Below, piece after piece: positions 10,640 through 22,379 of a DNA stretch of 32,000 bases. Origin of the DNA: Mycobacterium leprae TN (GTDB lineage Bacteria; Actinomycetota; Actinomycetes; Mycobacteriales; Mycobacteriaceae); NCBI RefSeq assembly GCF_000195855.1, contig NC_002677.1, forward strand, positions 2,130,001 through 2,162,000. Reading direction: 5' to 3'. The translations under genes were made by a program, and so were the position numbers. Numbering within the stretch: the stretch's first letter is position 1; each line of letters opens with the position of its first letter. A model generated the notes under the pieces. That model ran no database searches. It was not told where the DNA came from and saw only the letters and a list, made by a program, of their open reading frames with translations.

Positions 10640-11700
10640 ATTCAGCCCGCACCCGCGACAAAAACCGGAATCCCATTTCTCACCCGGTGGGACGTGCTTC
10701 GCCGTTCGGCAATCGGCCGTTGCACCTGATTCACCGACGACATATGCAAGTTTGGTATCCATAGCGAAGGCATCGTTGCACAAGCGGGCCAGTCCCCCAT
10801 TCCCGCGACAGGGTAATCTCGCTGACGCCGACCTGCGTGTCACGTCATAGCAGGTCAAGCCGGCTTTCATTGAACCGGAAGCTGTTGACCGCTGCTGTCA
10901 GCTTGCCGTCTTGAATAAGGTACACGCCGTCGGCGAGTTAGCCTGGCGGGCAGTAGCGTGGTTGGGTCAATCTCCCGGATATATCACAGCGTGGTCAACA
11001 ATAGGCCGTGCTCGGTACCCGTGATCATGCCAGCAAGATAGGTCAACCTGCCTTGTCATCATCGGGTTGTCGGTAACGACCGCGAGCGGGGCATTGAACT
11101 AAGCAGCAGTGGCCCGCAGATAGGCTAACGCATTGATCACCCCAACCTCATCGACAACTGCTCGAGTAGCCAGACCGGTTGGCACGTCCACGAAATTGCG
11201 TGAGCCGACACCCATCCAAGCACTTCTGTCGTTCCGTTTGGTGTTGATCTCGATAGCCCTTATAGCGTCGACGCAGTCTTGTCGGCGACGCTAAAACCTC
11301 GTCTAGACACTGCGATGCGCTTAGCTATACAGTCTGTCGATGCCGCGGAACCCCCAGCTCAATGAGTCGGGGACATCGGCGAACACTTCAGCTCCATTGC
11401 CAGACATATACAGCGTACCAATCGTCGGATGTACCGGCAGCGGCGCAGCATCACCGTTCTTTGGCACGGACCGTGCTACCTCTTGGAATGCAGGAACCAG
11501 TACAGGAAGCATTAATGAATCCACTTCCTCCGATACCACCGTGCTAATCAAAACGCTATCACCTTGGTGAACAACAGAAATCACAGTCACACTTCGATTG
11601 ACCGATGACCGACATTCCATTGATGGTCATCGAATTGTCTGCCCCAGTGCAAGTTCGCTTCGATGCGGTCGGTGACCACGACCATAGTCTCGTTGGCACG
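10640..11700 (-). pseudogene. TldD/PmbA-family protein (Rv2314c-like) pseudogene
   Basis: Reverse-strand pieces include YLAGMITGTEHGLLLTTLWYIREIDPTTLLPARLTR and VYLIQDGKLTAAVNSFRFNES, characteristic of the TldD/PmbA C-terminus. Boundaries approximate. Confidence 0.75.
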
Positions 11701-11779
11701 TCCAGACTTCTCCTCCTGATCTAACAGAAGATTGACAACATAACTGCACCGTGATTATCAGTCACTTTCGGTACGGATG

Positions 11780-13230
11780 TTGAGTACGTTTAGGTCCCCG
11801 AAATAACGCTGTCGGACAGCCATGGCTCACGGCAGCCACCTAGCTGGGCTGGGCCTTGCCGCAATTGAATGCGTCGCCAGGCCGACGGGTCGCCCACAGT
11901 TTCCATGGAATTCCAGAAATCGGTGGTTGCCTGATAAGCAACAGCGTGCAGCTGATCATTCAGACGGCTGTCTCGGATGCGAGAATAACAGCTGTCCGGT
12001 GAACTGAAAACTTTAACGCTGCATATCGATCGGCCATGACTTGTCGCTGACAATTTAGATGCTGTCGTCAGCCTAGGCGATCAGGTCAGCGGTAGTAATC
12101 TCGTCGGGGCCAGGCTGCAGCGACACAATGGCCATCCGCTGAATTCGGCACGTGATGCGGCAAATCAGCATACGAGCACCCGTTGGAGCGCTACTGCCCC
12201 AGCCGTGGAGCGAAGACCCGGTCAAGCTGATAACCGACAAACACCCTGTCATGCAATACTATCCAGCGCTGCGCGGCCATGCCCTCGTCCTCGTAACCGA
12301 CGCGAGCAAGACCGAATTTCACGGCACGGTCCACTGTCAGGTTCATTACCGGAGAACCAGATTACATGGTTCCGAGTTTGTCTCGGCTGTAGCGAACGAG
12401 GTTCTGACGTAGGAGGCCTCGTAGCCGACAGCGCGCTTGTATTTGATTGTGTGTATAGTGGCTTGGTGAATGGTCAACCACAGGTTGGTCGGGTCGATCA
12501 CCAGATCCTCAGTCCCTGAGGTCACACTGTGCTCGTTGAGCTTTGCCGCCAGCTGTGCGAACTCGTCGGTGCAGTTCCACACTTCATCATCAGCTAACAC
12601 TTCCCAGCCCCGGGCCGTCGGTGGCGCCAACGTATGCATCGAGTCGAAATCGCCGCCGTAGCGCCCACCGCCTCCACCGACGGCATTACCCTCACCCGTT
12701 GTTGGGTAATTGATGACCCGAAAGTGTCTGCATAGAATTCCGCCTGGACTGCTCTCAAACCAGGCGACACGTGGTCAATGATGTCTGCGTCCAGCAACTG
12801 TCAGGAAAACTCCTCGAGCACGGCGATCTTGTCCGGCGCGGAGATGCTGAACGAGTCGATCCGTAATTCGACGCACAGCTGGCGTTGGTGTAGACTGACG
12901 CGAGCGGAAGCACGACACCGCTCGCTGTAGAGCGCCGCGAGCGTGGTGGTCATCGTACTCCGCGGCGTGCTGTGCTGGATGCCACGGACGGCGCCAACTC
13001 GGCGTCTGCGGCAAACCCCACGTGTCGCCCACACTAACCCGAACCGCCAAACCCGATCTCGCGGCTGACCACCTCGGTCTCTAGCCCATCGTCGTCACGG
13101 AGCTGGATGATCTCGATGCAGAGGCGGTGAATGCACAGGTACGCATAGTTGGCCCCGGCCACAGGAGCTGCCGACAACGCGACTTTGGGCAATTCCTGGC
13201 GCAGAAGATCCAATCCAAGAAGTCAGCCTA
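11780..13230 (-). pseudogene. TldD-family metalloprotease (Rv2315c-like) pseudogene
   Basis: Fragments VSLHQRQLCVELRIDSFSISAPDKIAVLEEFS, DIIDHVSPGLRAVQAEFYADTFGSSITQQRVRVMPSVEAVG, and GTEDLVIDPTNLWLTIHQATIHTIKYKRAVGYEASYVRTSFAT lie in order but in different frames. Confidence 0.85.
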
Positions 13231-13275
13231 TCGATCTCCCGGTTTAGTGTCACGGCTACACTGTAGCAACCAGCC

Positions 13276-14262
13276 ATGTGCGCCCACTTTAATACCTCCA
13301 TGACCAACACCGGCGACGATACAGAGCAAAGCGATGAAGTGGGGAGCATCTCCCGCTTGCGGGGGAGAAAGACACACAGGACCCGCGCCCTAACGAAGAA
13401 CCACCCACGATCCATCGCTCTGGCCTACGCCCTGCTGGCCCCCAGCCTGTTCGGCGTGGTCACCTTCTTGCTGCTACCCATCATCGTGGTTATCTGGCTT
13501 AGCCTGTTCCGGTGGGACCTGTTGGGACCCCTGCACTATGTCGGCCTGGCCAACTGGCGGTCAGTGCTGACCGACCCCAATTTCGCCAATTCACTAATTG
13601 TCACAGCCGTCTTCGTGGCGATTGTGGTACCAACTCAGACGATGCTCGGCCTGCTTATCGCGACAATGCTGGCCCGCCAACTTCCGGGCACCGGCGTGTT
13701 TCGCACGCTATACGTGCTGCCGTGGATCTGCGCCCCTTTGGCAATAGCGGTGTTGTGGCGCTGGCTCCTTGCTCCCACCGACGGTGCGTTCAGCATGGTC
13801 CTAAGACATCGCATAGAATGGCTCTCCGATCCCAGTCTTGCGCTACCGGTCGTTTCAGCTGTCGTCGTCTGGACCAACGTCGGCTACGTCTCGCTGTCGT
13901 TCCTCGCCGGACTGCTGTCTATCCCAGAAGACATTAACGCTGCCGCGCGCACCGACGGTGCCGATGCCTGGCAGCGGTTCTGGCGCATCACTCTGCCGAT
14001 GTTACGGCCGACGATGTTCTTTGTGCTGGTTACCGGAATAGTGAGCACAGCACAGGTTTTCGACACCGTCTATGCGCTGACTGACGGTGGTCCTAAGAGC
14101 CGCACCGACCTGGTGGCGCACCGCATCTATGCCGAGGCATTCGGCTCTGCGGCCATTGGGCGAGCATCGGTGATGGCAGTGTTATTATTCGTCGTCCTAT
14201 TCGGCGTCACTGTTGTTCAACATTTGTACTTCCAGCGTCGGATCAGCTATGAGCTCACCTAG
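13276..14262 (+). CDS. uspA: Sugar ABC transporter permease UspA (Rv2316-like)
   Basis: Intact 328-aa ORF: ALAYALLAPSLFGVVTFLLLPIIVVIWLSLFRWDLLGPLHYVGLANWRSVLTDPNF...EAA-like loop DINAAARTDGADAWQRFWRITLPMLRPT. Start uncertain; a later start such as ATG 13300 is possible. Confidence 0.93.
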   Translation: MCAHFNTSMTNTGDDTEQSDEVGSISRLRGRKTHRTRALTKNHPRSIALAYALLAPSLFGVVTFLLLPIIVVIWLSLFRWDLLGPLHYVGLANWRSVLTDPNFANSLIVTAVFVAIVVPTQTMLGLLIATMLARQLPGTGVFRTLYVLPWICAPLAIAVLWRWLLAPTDGAFSMVLRHRIEWLSDPSLALPVVSAVVVWTNVGYVSLSFLAGLLSIPEDINAAARTDGADAWQRFWRITLPMLRPTMFFVLVTGIVSTAQVFDTVYALTDGGPKSRTDLVAHRIYAEAFGSAAIGRASVMAVLLFVVLFGVTVVQHLYFQRRISYELT

Positions 14263-15073
14263 TCGCTTGTCCAACGCCGTGACTTACGCCGGCCTGACAC
14301 TCGGTGCGCTGATCACCGTCGCACCGTTCGCACTCGGCTTACTCACCTCGTTCACGTCGGCGCATCAATTTACGACCGGTACACCGCTGCAATTGCCACG
14401 ACCACCCACGCTGGCTAACTACGCTGGTTTGTCCGGTGCTGGATTTCTGCGCGCGACCGCGGTTACCGCGTTGATGACGGCGGTAATTCTTCTTGGCCAG
14501 CTAACCTTCTCGGTGCTGGCTGGCTACGCGTTCGCACGGTTACGGTTTCCCGGGCGCGATACCCTGTTTTGGGCCTACATTATGACATTGATGGTGCCGG
14601 CGACGGTCACGGTGGTGCCGATGTATATGATGATGGCCCAAGTCGGCCTCCGTAACACATTTTGGGCGCTGGTGCTGCCGTTTATGTTTGGCTCCCCATA
14701 CGCAATTTTCCTGCTGCGCGAACACTTTCGCATCATCCCAAATGATTTGATCAACGCGGCACGTCTCGACGGCGCTAACACTCTGGACGTGATCGTGCAT
14801 GTTGTGATTCCGTCCAACCGCTCGGTTCTAGCGGCCTTGACACTTATCACAGTAGTCTCGCAGTGGAATAACTTCATGTGGCCGTTGGTGATCACTAGCG
14901 GCAACAAGTGGCGTGTGCTTACGGTAGCGACAGCTGACCTACAGTCCCGATTCAACGCTCAGTGGACGCTGGTAATGGCCGCTACCACGGTTGCAATCGT
15001 TCCGCTGATCGTACTTTTCGTTGGATTCCAGCGGCACATCATCCCCTCGATCGTCGTCTCGGGGCTGAAATGA
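14249..15073 (+). CDS. uspB: Sugar ABC transporter permease UspB (Rv2317-like)
   Basis: 274 aa from MSSPSRLSNAVTYAGLTLGALITVAPF..., with EAA-like loop LINAARLDGANTLDVIVHVVIPSNRSV. Overlaps the uspA end by 14 nt. Confidence 0.93.
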   Translation: MSSPSRLSNAVTYAGLTLGALITVAPFALGLLTSFTSAHQFTTGTPLQLPRPPTLANYAGLSGAGFLRATAVTALMTAVILLGQLTFSVLAGYAFARLRFPGRDTLFWAYIMTLMVPATVTVVPMYMMMAQVGLRNTFWALVLPFMFGSPYAIFLLREHFRIIPNDLINAARLDGANTLDVIVHVVIPSNRSVLAALTLITVVSQWNNFMWPLVITSGNKWRVLTVATADLQSRFNAQWTLVMAATTVAIVPLIVLFVGFQRHIIPSIVVSGLK

Positions 15074-15164
15074 GCTGCCTTGACACCGAGATTGCCTTCA
15101 GGCTCGTGACCTTCGCGGATCCACGACTACAGCAGCAATTGCAACGTGCGTGTAGGCATACGAC

Positions 15165-16505
15165 GTGACCCGGCCCCGCTATTCAACATTAGTTGCCGAA
15201 GCACTTGCGTTGGCCACCGTCCTGTTGACTGCTACAGCAATGCTGATGGGCTGGTCAGGAGGCCAGCTACGTGGCGGTAAGGTCGTCGTTACAATGCGCC
15301 TGTGGGCTGACCAGATTTCCACAGCATATAGTCAGTCGTTCCAGGCCTTTACCCGTACCCATCCCGATATCGAGGTGCACACCAATGTCGTTGCCTACTC
15401 GAAGTATTTCAATACCCTACGCACCGACGTAGCCGGCGGCAGCGCCGACGATATCTTTTGGCTATCAAGCGCTTACCTCGCAGCATATGCTGACAACGGT
15501 CGGTTGATAAACATTAGTAACAGCCTCGGACAGAGGGCCACTTCAGACTGGGAGCCAGCAGTGGTAGACCAATTCACCCGAGCCGGAGCGTTATGGGGTG
15601 TACCGCAGTTGACCGATGCCGGCATCGCTGTATTCTATAACGCCGACCTGCTCACTGCTGCCGGTATTGATCCGGTCCAGCTCAACCGCATGCAATGGAC
15701 TTCTAACGATGACGACACCTTGCGCCCCTTACTGACTCAGCTCACCCTAGACACCAATGGACATGTCGCTAAAACACCAGGTTTCGATTCAAGACGAGTC
15801 CGTCAATGGGGGTATAATGCGGCCAACGACCCCCAGGCCATCTACCTTAACTACATCGGGTCAGCCGGTGGAGTATTCCAACGCGGCGACGAGTTCGCCT
15901 TCGATAACCCTTCGGCGGTCGAAGCCTTCCGATACCTAGTCGGTCTGATCAACAACGATCACGTGGCACCGCCGGCCTCAGAAACCAACAACAACGGCGA
16001 TTTCTCGCGCAACCAATTTTTGTCTGGCAGGATGGCACTCTTCCAGTCCGGCACCTACAACTTGGCACTAATAGCCCGCGAGGCCCGGTTCCACTGGGGT
16101 ATCGCAATGATGCCGACCGGCCCGCAGGGACGAGTGAGTGTTACCAATGGTATTGCCGTAGCTGGTAATTCAGCAACCAAGCATCCGGATGCGGTGCGTC
16201 AAGTATTGGCCTGGATGGGCAGCAGGGAGGGCAACGCGTACCTGGGGCGTCACGGTGCCGCCGTCCCAGCAGTGCGGTCAGCTCAGTCGGTCTACTTCGA
16301 CTACTGGGCCGCAAAGGGCATCGACGTCACACCCTTTTTCTCGGTGCTGGACGGCCCTCACATTCCGGCTCCGGGCGGCGCTGGCTTTCCCGCCGGAGAC
16401 GACGCGTTGCAAAGCTATTTCGACGAAATGTTCCTAGGTCACGGTGATGTCGAGAAAATCCTGTGTCAAGCTCAAGCGGCAGCGAACACCGCAGCTCACC
16501 GCTAG
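15165..16505 (+). CDS. uspC: Sugar ABC transporter substrate-binding protein UspC (Rv2318-like)
   Basis: 446-aa ORF, GTG start, hydrophobic N-terminus then MRLWADQISTAYSQSFQAFTRTHPDIEVHTNVV...GGSADDIFWLSS..., typical family 1 solute-binding protein, downstream of two cognate permeases. Confidence 0.92.
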   Translation: MTRPRYSTLVAEALALATVLLTATAMLMGWSGGQLRGGKVVVTMRLWADQISTAYSQSFQAFTRTHPDIEVHTNVVAYSKYFNTLRTDVAGGSADDIFWLSSAYLAAYADNGRLINISNSLGQRATSDWEPAVVDQFTRAGALWGVPQLTDAGIAVFYNADLLTAAGIDPVQLNRMQWTSNDDDTLRPLLTQLTLDTNGHVAKTPGFDSRRVRQWGYNAANDPQAIYLNYIGSAGGVFQRGDEFAFDNPSAVEAFRYLVGLINNDHVAPPASETNNNGDFSRNQFLSGRMALFQSGTYNLALIAREARFHWGIAMMPTGPQGRVSVTNGIAVAGNSATKHPDAVRQVLAWMGSREGNAYLGRHGAAVPAVRSAQSVYFDYWAAKGIDVTPFFSVLDGPHIPAPGGAGFPAGDDALQSYFDEMFLGHGDVEKILCQAQAAANTAAHR

Positions 16506-16539
16506 CCAGAAAACACATGAACCGGGCTGTAACGGATCA

Positions 16540-17400
16540 TTTTATCACTGTGCGAATCGCGGAATACCCGTTGGATCTCGCCGCCTTCTCCGTTCACAGT
16601 GCCGAAAGCCTGCTTCCAATAGCAGAGTAACCACTTGCAGTACAATGTCTTCGTCGACTATATCCATAAATCTTCAATTTTCCAGTTTTTCTCACACCTG
16701 CGACGTCCCAAGCGCTGAGGAACGAATCCTCAGCGTCCCAACCAATCTCCGGTGGATACATAGTCCAGTCGCGCACCGCGAAGCTGACCACTCGCGACGA
16801 TACTTCGAATTGTTTGGCGGACTGAAAACAGCGCCTCACCAAATCGACTACATCCAGGATAGCCGATTAGACACACTTCACCCGCGATAGCTTGCAGTTA
16901 TAACCACGATATCCGGGGGGAGTGATCGTTACCGACACCGCCGACGAATGCAGCAGCCAGTCAGCCGTCGAGCCGATTACCATCTGCCCTTGCCCACGTC
17001 CACCGCTCAGCAACAACCCCAGCACCAAATCTCAGCGTCGACTTCCTCGATACACTCAGCCACGACCGAGTGGTGCGCGCTGTGGCATTAGTTGATCTCG
17101 ATCCCGTCGGCTACCTTGTCGACATGCTGCTGGGCCTCCTTCGCCGAGTCCGCGGTAAGACAATCTACCTATTGCACGTATTCGGCGTCGATACGCGCCC
17201 GTGGCGGGGTCAGCCACAGTTTCAACATGATGGTACCGACGGTTAGCGACGTTCTCAGCATCCGCGCGGTGCGCACGGCCAGGTACAACCCTGACAACCC
17301 GATTTGCCAGCCAGGTAGCCGGGCAACGACAGTCACAAGGCTTTCTTTGACGGATTGTTGAGCACTTCGTTTTGCTGGGCTCCTATCGCGATGCAATCGG
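16540..17400 (-). pseudogene. Universal stress protein family (Rv2319c-like) remnant
   Basis: Assigned mainly by synteny (between uspC and rocE) plus short reverse-strand fragments such as DWTMYPPEIGWDAEDSFLSAWDVAG. Weak sequence support. Confidence 0.4.
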
Positions 17401-17422
17401 TACCGCGAGTAAGTTGAGCGCG

Positions 17423-18660
17423 CTACGATAGCGACCCCACGCCAGGTAAAAGATCTAGAGTCAGCGCGACCACTGGCTGAACAGGATCTAAATTATAGCA
17501 GAGCAGACTGACGAGATGATATCCACACGCCAGCACTGCAAGTACCGATGTCACCGGATAATCAGGAACTTTGAACGTACGCGGCAGGTTGAGTGCGCAC
17601 ACGCACAGGATGATCACCCCTGTAGACACGACGATGAATGAGATAAGTGTACCGAGGGACACCCCATGTCCGCCAAATCAGACAACGGTACGACAGCAGC
17701 CAGCATCAACATGGCCGTCGCGACTATGATCGTATTGGCAACCGGAATCATCGTGCGCGGATTAACCGTCACAAGCCACGTCGGCAAAAAATCCTTCGCG
17801 GTCCACGGCAAGCAGGATGCGCGTCTGGCCATACGTCGTGACCAACATGACGGTGAAGATCGAGATCACCACACCGGCAGCCATAGTGATGGTCACCCAC
17901 TTGCCGTGCGTGACGTGGTCGAAGATCGTCACCAGCCCGTCCTCTTGCTGCCCACCAAACTTCTGCCACGGCTGAGTACCCAACACAGCGACCGAGGCGA
18001 GCACATAAACGCTTGTGACAACTATCGGCACCACGATCAGTTCCTACGGCATCGTCTTCTGCAGGTTTTTCCCCCGTCACCCGCGGTCAACCCGGTGTCA
18101 AGGCCGATGAAAGAGAAAAAGATCGTGTCCGCCTCCGCACCGATGCCGGCAACGTCGAATGGCGCTAAAGCATTGATATAGTTGACGTCGTAAGCGCTGA
18201 ACGCGATGACTACGAACATGCCCAGTATACCGAGCTTGATTCAGCACCATGATCGCGTTGACCTTCAACCGACTCGCTGGGGCGCAGATCACAAGAGTAA
18301 GCTGCATATTCCGGCCAGGATTGACGACCGGCAGATTCACATAACCCGGCGCCGAGTTCCACGGCGCAAACGACAAAGCCTACGGTATCTCGAATCCGGA
18401 TAAGTTTCGCAGCAGCTTGTTGACGTAACCGCTCCAAACGGCCGCGGCGATAGCCACTCCGTACTCCAACAACAAGCAAGATAGATCATCCCAGGAACTG
18501 ATTCTGGCACCTCCTGGGACAGCACAAAGAAGACGCCGATACCAATCGTCGGGCCGACACCAAACATGTCAGATCGAACGTGCCGATACTCCGTTTGAAG
18601 TGGGCAGAGGCCCCGACATCTGCTCTGTCAGGCTGATCGACAGGAACGTCATTGCACCTC
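17423..18660 (-). pseudogene. rocE: Cationic amino-acid permease RocE-like pseudogene
   Basis: Reverse fragments GVGPTIGIGVFFVLSQEVPE, DTIFFSFIGLDT, MLVTTYGQTRILLAVDREGFFADV and GTLISFIVVSTGVIILCVCALNLPRTFKVPDYPVTSVLAVLACGYHLVSL, in order, disrupted. Confidence 0.85.
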
Positions 18661-18739
18661 CAGAGTTGTTAGATCAGCCTGATTATCAAACCTCCCTTAA
18701 CACGGCGGTGAACTATCGTACCGACCCGTCGATCTCCTC

Positions 18740-19893
18740 GGCAGTTATGGACAGTTATGACTAGTGCAGGTGCGCACCGTAGCGCCGAACCACGGGTGTC
18801 CTTCACCAGCACACCACAGCTGGCCAACCGCATGCTCATTCCTTGCCGGTGGCCAACGTCGGCTCTATATCGACGCTGCCCACAATACCAGGCCGCGCAC
18901 CGCCAACACACCATCACCGATCAGGCTCCGCAGATACACGCACAATTCAGCCGAGCGAGCCTGGAATTCCTCACGCGTCAACATGAAAAAAACAACCGTC
19001 GTACCAATTGCCGCGGCCAACGGGTTGCCAGCGAACGTCGAGCCGTGCTCACCAGAATGCAACAAGCGAGGATCCCGAGGTCTGGCTACCACCGCCGACA
19101 GTGGAACCACGCCGCCGCTGACCACCTTACCAAGCAGGCAATCTACCAATATTACCGCTCAAAGCGGTCACCCACGAAACATATAGCCTGTGCGGGCCAA
19201 CGACTGGATTTCGTCGGCGATCATCAGCACGTTGTGCTCGCTGTACAACGCTTGCACGGCCAGCAAGTAGCCGTCTGGGGGAACAATGACGCCGGCCTCT
19301 CTGGGAGAGGCTCAAGTCGCGCCGCTACAGTGTTGTCGTCGATCGCTTCAGTCAAAACCGCAGTATCACCGAACAAAATCCCGATGTGAACGACCCAACT
19401 CTGCGTCGCATTACCGGATCGGACGAGAAGCTGACGCCGCGGATCATCCAACCATGGAAGTTGTTATCGGCCAAGATGATGTGTGCCCGACTCTCAGGGA
19501 CTCCGTTGGCTTCTACACTCCACTTGCGGGTGACCTTGAGGAAGCTTTCCACTGCGTCAGCGACGGAGTTAATCGGCAACACCATTGTCTTTTTCACACA
19601 CCTAAGCAAGCGCAGCGCAAAACGGTCCTACATTGCCGGAATGGAAGGCTCGACTCAACAATCACAACGGTGTCGAGTTGAGCGTGTGCCACCGCGGTGA
19701 TCTCCGGATTGCGATGGCTGAAGTTAACCGCAGAATAGGCGGCCAAGCAATCCAGGTAGCACCTGCCTTCGATATTGGTGATCCACGAGCCCTCGGCTCT
19801 TGCCGTGAGCACCAGTAGCGTCGCATAATTATACACTGCATTCTTTTCCGCTAAAGCAATGAATTCTTGAATTCGTTCTGTGGCCACTAGCAC
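18740..19893 (-). pseudogene. rocD: Ornithine aminotransferase (rocD) pseudogene
   Basis: N-terminal IQEFIALAEKNAVYNYATLLVLTARAEGSWITNIEGRCYLDCLAAYSAVNFSHRNPEI, middle IILADNNFHGW, C-terminal VVPLSAVVARPRDPRLLHSGEHGSTFAGNPLAAAIG. Confidence 0.88.
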
Positions 19894-19959
19894 TTAAGCT
19901 GGAACGCCAAAAATTTCCATGGGAAAACATCCGACATGCAACACTTGACTGAACCGCCG

Positions 19960-20330
19960 TCAAAGCCTACTTCACGAAGCCGCGTAGCGAAATTTTTTGC
20001 AACAGAATGAAGAACAACGTGTAAACCATAGGACAGAATATTAATATTCCGAATATATAGGCGTCGACATTACCGAAAACAATGACGTCGGGAAACAGCG
20101 TGTACAGTGATCCTGCATAGCTGTACTGTACTCCGGAGGATAGAACACATTTGTGTGATAATCGAGAATCCCTAGTGCGGCATCTAAGTGATAGAAGCCG
20201 GGGCAACCAGTTCGAAGAAACTACCGGTTTCCCCAATGCCACGGAGATTTCGGCATGTGCGCTTCGGTAGGCGCGAAATCCATATCAAGCCAACACTATT
20301 TCTCCCATCAACAGTACCGTCTCCCTATCC
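19960..20330 (-). pseudogene. Dimethylargininase/amidinotransferase-like (Rv2323c-like) remnant
   Basis: Reverse-strand reading with one frameshift at 20200-20203: FFELVAP / GFYHLDAALGILDYHTNVFYPPEYSTAMQ. Confidence 0.6.
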
Positions 20331-20627
20331 CTCATTGACGCGACGAGCGGTCACCGGCTGATTGCATACTCGACTGCGAAATAGGTCAGCGGGGTCATCG
20401 CGTATCGACGAGATCGGGGCGTGTGACCGCGCTGCTCGGCAGCTTGCCATGTCAACGTTACTATGTTGAGAACAGGCGGTCTCGACATAGTAATCGGTCA
20501 TGAATTAACAATAATTTTGCCTTAATTGACAAGCAAAAAGACAACCATTATGTTCTCAGCGAATTCGTAGCGCATGATTTGAATTTGCGAGGATCATTAC
20601 CCAAAAGGATGGGTGCAAGGTTCCTAT

Positions 20628-21100
20628 GTTGGACCTCCTAGATAACACAGAAGAACGTATTCTCGCCAAGCTGGCCAAGCATGCGCGAACTACCTTTGCC
20701 GATATCAGACAGCAGGTGAATTTATCCGCACCGATAATCAAACGATGTGTCGATCGAATCCTTGACAAGGACATGACCAAGGATTTCACAACTAAAGTCA
20801 TCCGCAATACACTGGGCTGTAACACCGAGACCTAATAATACTCGGAGATTCTGCCATGGCAGGATTGCTTACGATCAGTTGCAGGCGGCGTGGGTTAATA
20901 TTCTCGCAGTTGGCAGCATCGCTGACGGTTACCGGAACCTCTGACGTCTTCCTCCACGTACTCGCCCGTAACATGCAGCACCTCGCGACAGCGCTCGAAC
21001 GCATCCTTTCAAGCGCTGGTATCGAGCACAGCGAAAGCGTCGCCGTTCTATCCAACGCATACGGACATAGCGTGCCGAGCGGCTGGTTGTCCAATCCATC
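20628..21100 (+). pseudogene. AsnC/Lrp-family regulator (Rv2324-like) pseudogene
   Basis: MLDLLDNTEERILAKLAKHARTTFADIRQQVNLSAPIIKRCVDRILDKDM...VIRNTLGCNTE then LTVTGTSDVFLHVLARNMQHLATALERILSSAGIEHSESVAVLSN in another frame. Confidence 0.85.
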
Positions 21101-22379
21101 CAGACGCGTCAACCCAGATGCTGATGTGATTAGCCATATGCGATATAAGTAGTATTTCTTTCATATACCGAATTGGTCATAATGTGCTTAAGCTGCATCG
21201 GCAGGTACTGGAACAGATCATGCGGTATATGTCGGCCACCCACTTACGTTATGCGAAAAACTATCTTCTAGATTTACGGACTAAACGCGTAGACGTGATC
21301 TTGGGGTACGATCTTGATGACGACTGCAGCCAGCTTCATATTTGTGGTGTCGTCAATATAATCGATATTGGTATTGGTGAGATTGACGAGCGTTAGTTAC
21401 TTATTCGGTAAGTAGACCGCCACGGTTTCGTTACCGGGCAAAGTGCCGTTGCGCACGATCTATACAGCAACGTTACAAATTCCTAACCAATATCGGATCC
21501 TCATTGACACACTGGCTCATACACAGTCTCCGGCCGTTGCCGTTGCATCTCCGTACTGAAAAGCTTGCCGATGGTGGAACAGCGACCGTCCAAGCATGCC
21601 AGTCTTCGAGCGTGAAAATCATCTCCCTGGTGACCCAAGTTGAGGACGGATCCCAGTCGGTTTCCGTGGTCTATGCACCGTTGACAGTTAAGATGGCTTA
21701 GCCCTGAGCGTGTGGTTCCGAAAACCCGTTCGTTATAGAAAAATCACGATAAGCGGTGTGATGATGCGTTAACGCAGATAGTCGCACCACGACTATCTGC
21801 TGACCTTTTCCACCACCAGACCCAACAGAATAATATCGGCGTTTAAGTCGTGAGATGTCTCTCCGGCAACTGTGCGAATGCGTATCCGAGCAGCTCCCGA
21901 GGACTGAAGCGGCGATGCAGATCAGCGAAATATGCTTGCCTAAAAGCTTGATTGTTGGCGCATTTATACAGTTCACTTTGCATCCGTGTCGACTGTAGCA
22001 AGGTAATCCAGTCTTCCAACAAGGATACCATCGACATACTTCACGATCGAATCGTCGATGTGGATCATCGCCTGGTCGGCAAACTGCGGCAACGCCATCA
22101 CGGTAAAGGTCTTTGTTTCGCTGCGAATTCGGCTGCAGAAATCTGCATTCATCACAGCACCGGCTGCTTTATAAGAAACCTGAAACGCTCGAATATATTC
22201 GACCTTGCTGCCGCTATAAACCCACGATAGCACCTGGGATCAATGCCGTTCGCTGGTTTGGCCACCGCTGCTTCCCTTGAACTGCAGGTTGCTGTCTTGT
22301 GTCTGTGGCGGTGAGTTGTTCGGTTGGTTTCATAGGTGGTGGGTGAAATGGCTGTTTTTGCGTTTTATGACTGGCCGAT

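Noticed and set aside
21504-22233. Short ORFs on both strands (for example MLSWVYSGSKVEYIRAFQVSYKAAGAVMNADF...) between the AsnC-like relic and RLEP copy 2
   Set aside because: Possibly fragments of a decayed gene on the minus strand, but I could not assign a family, so no feature was called.
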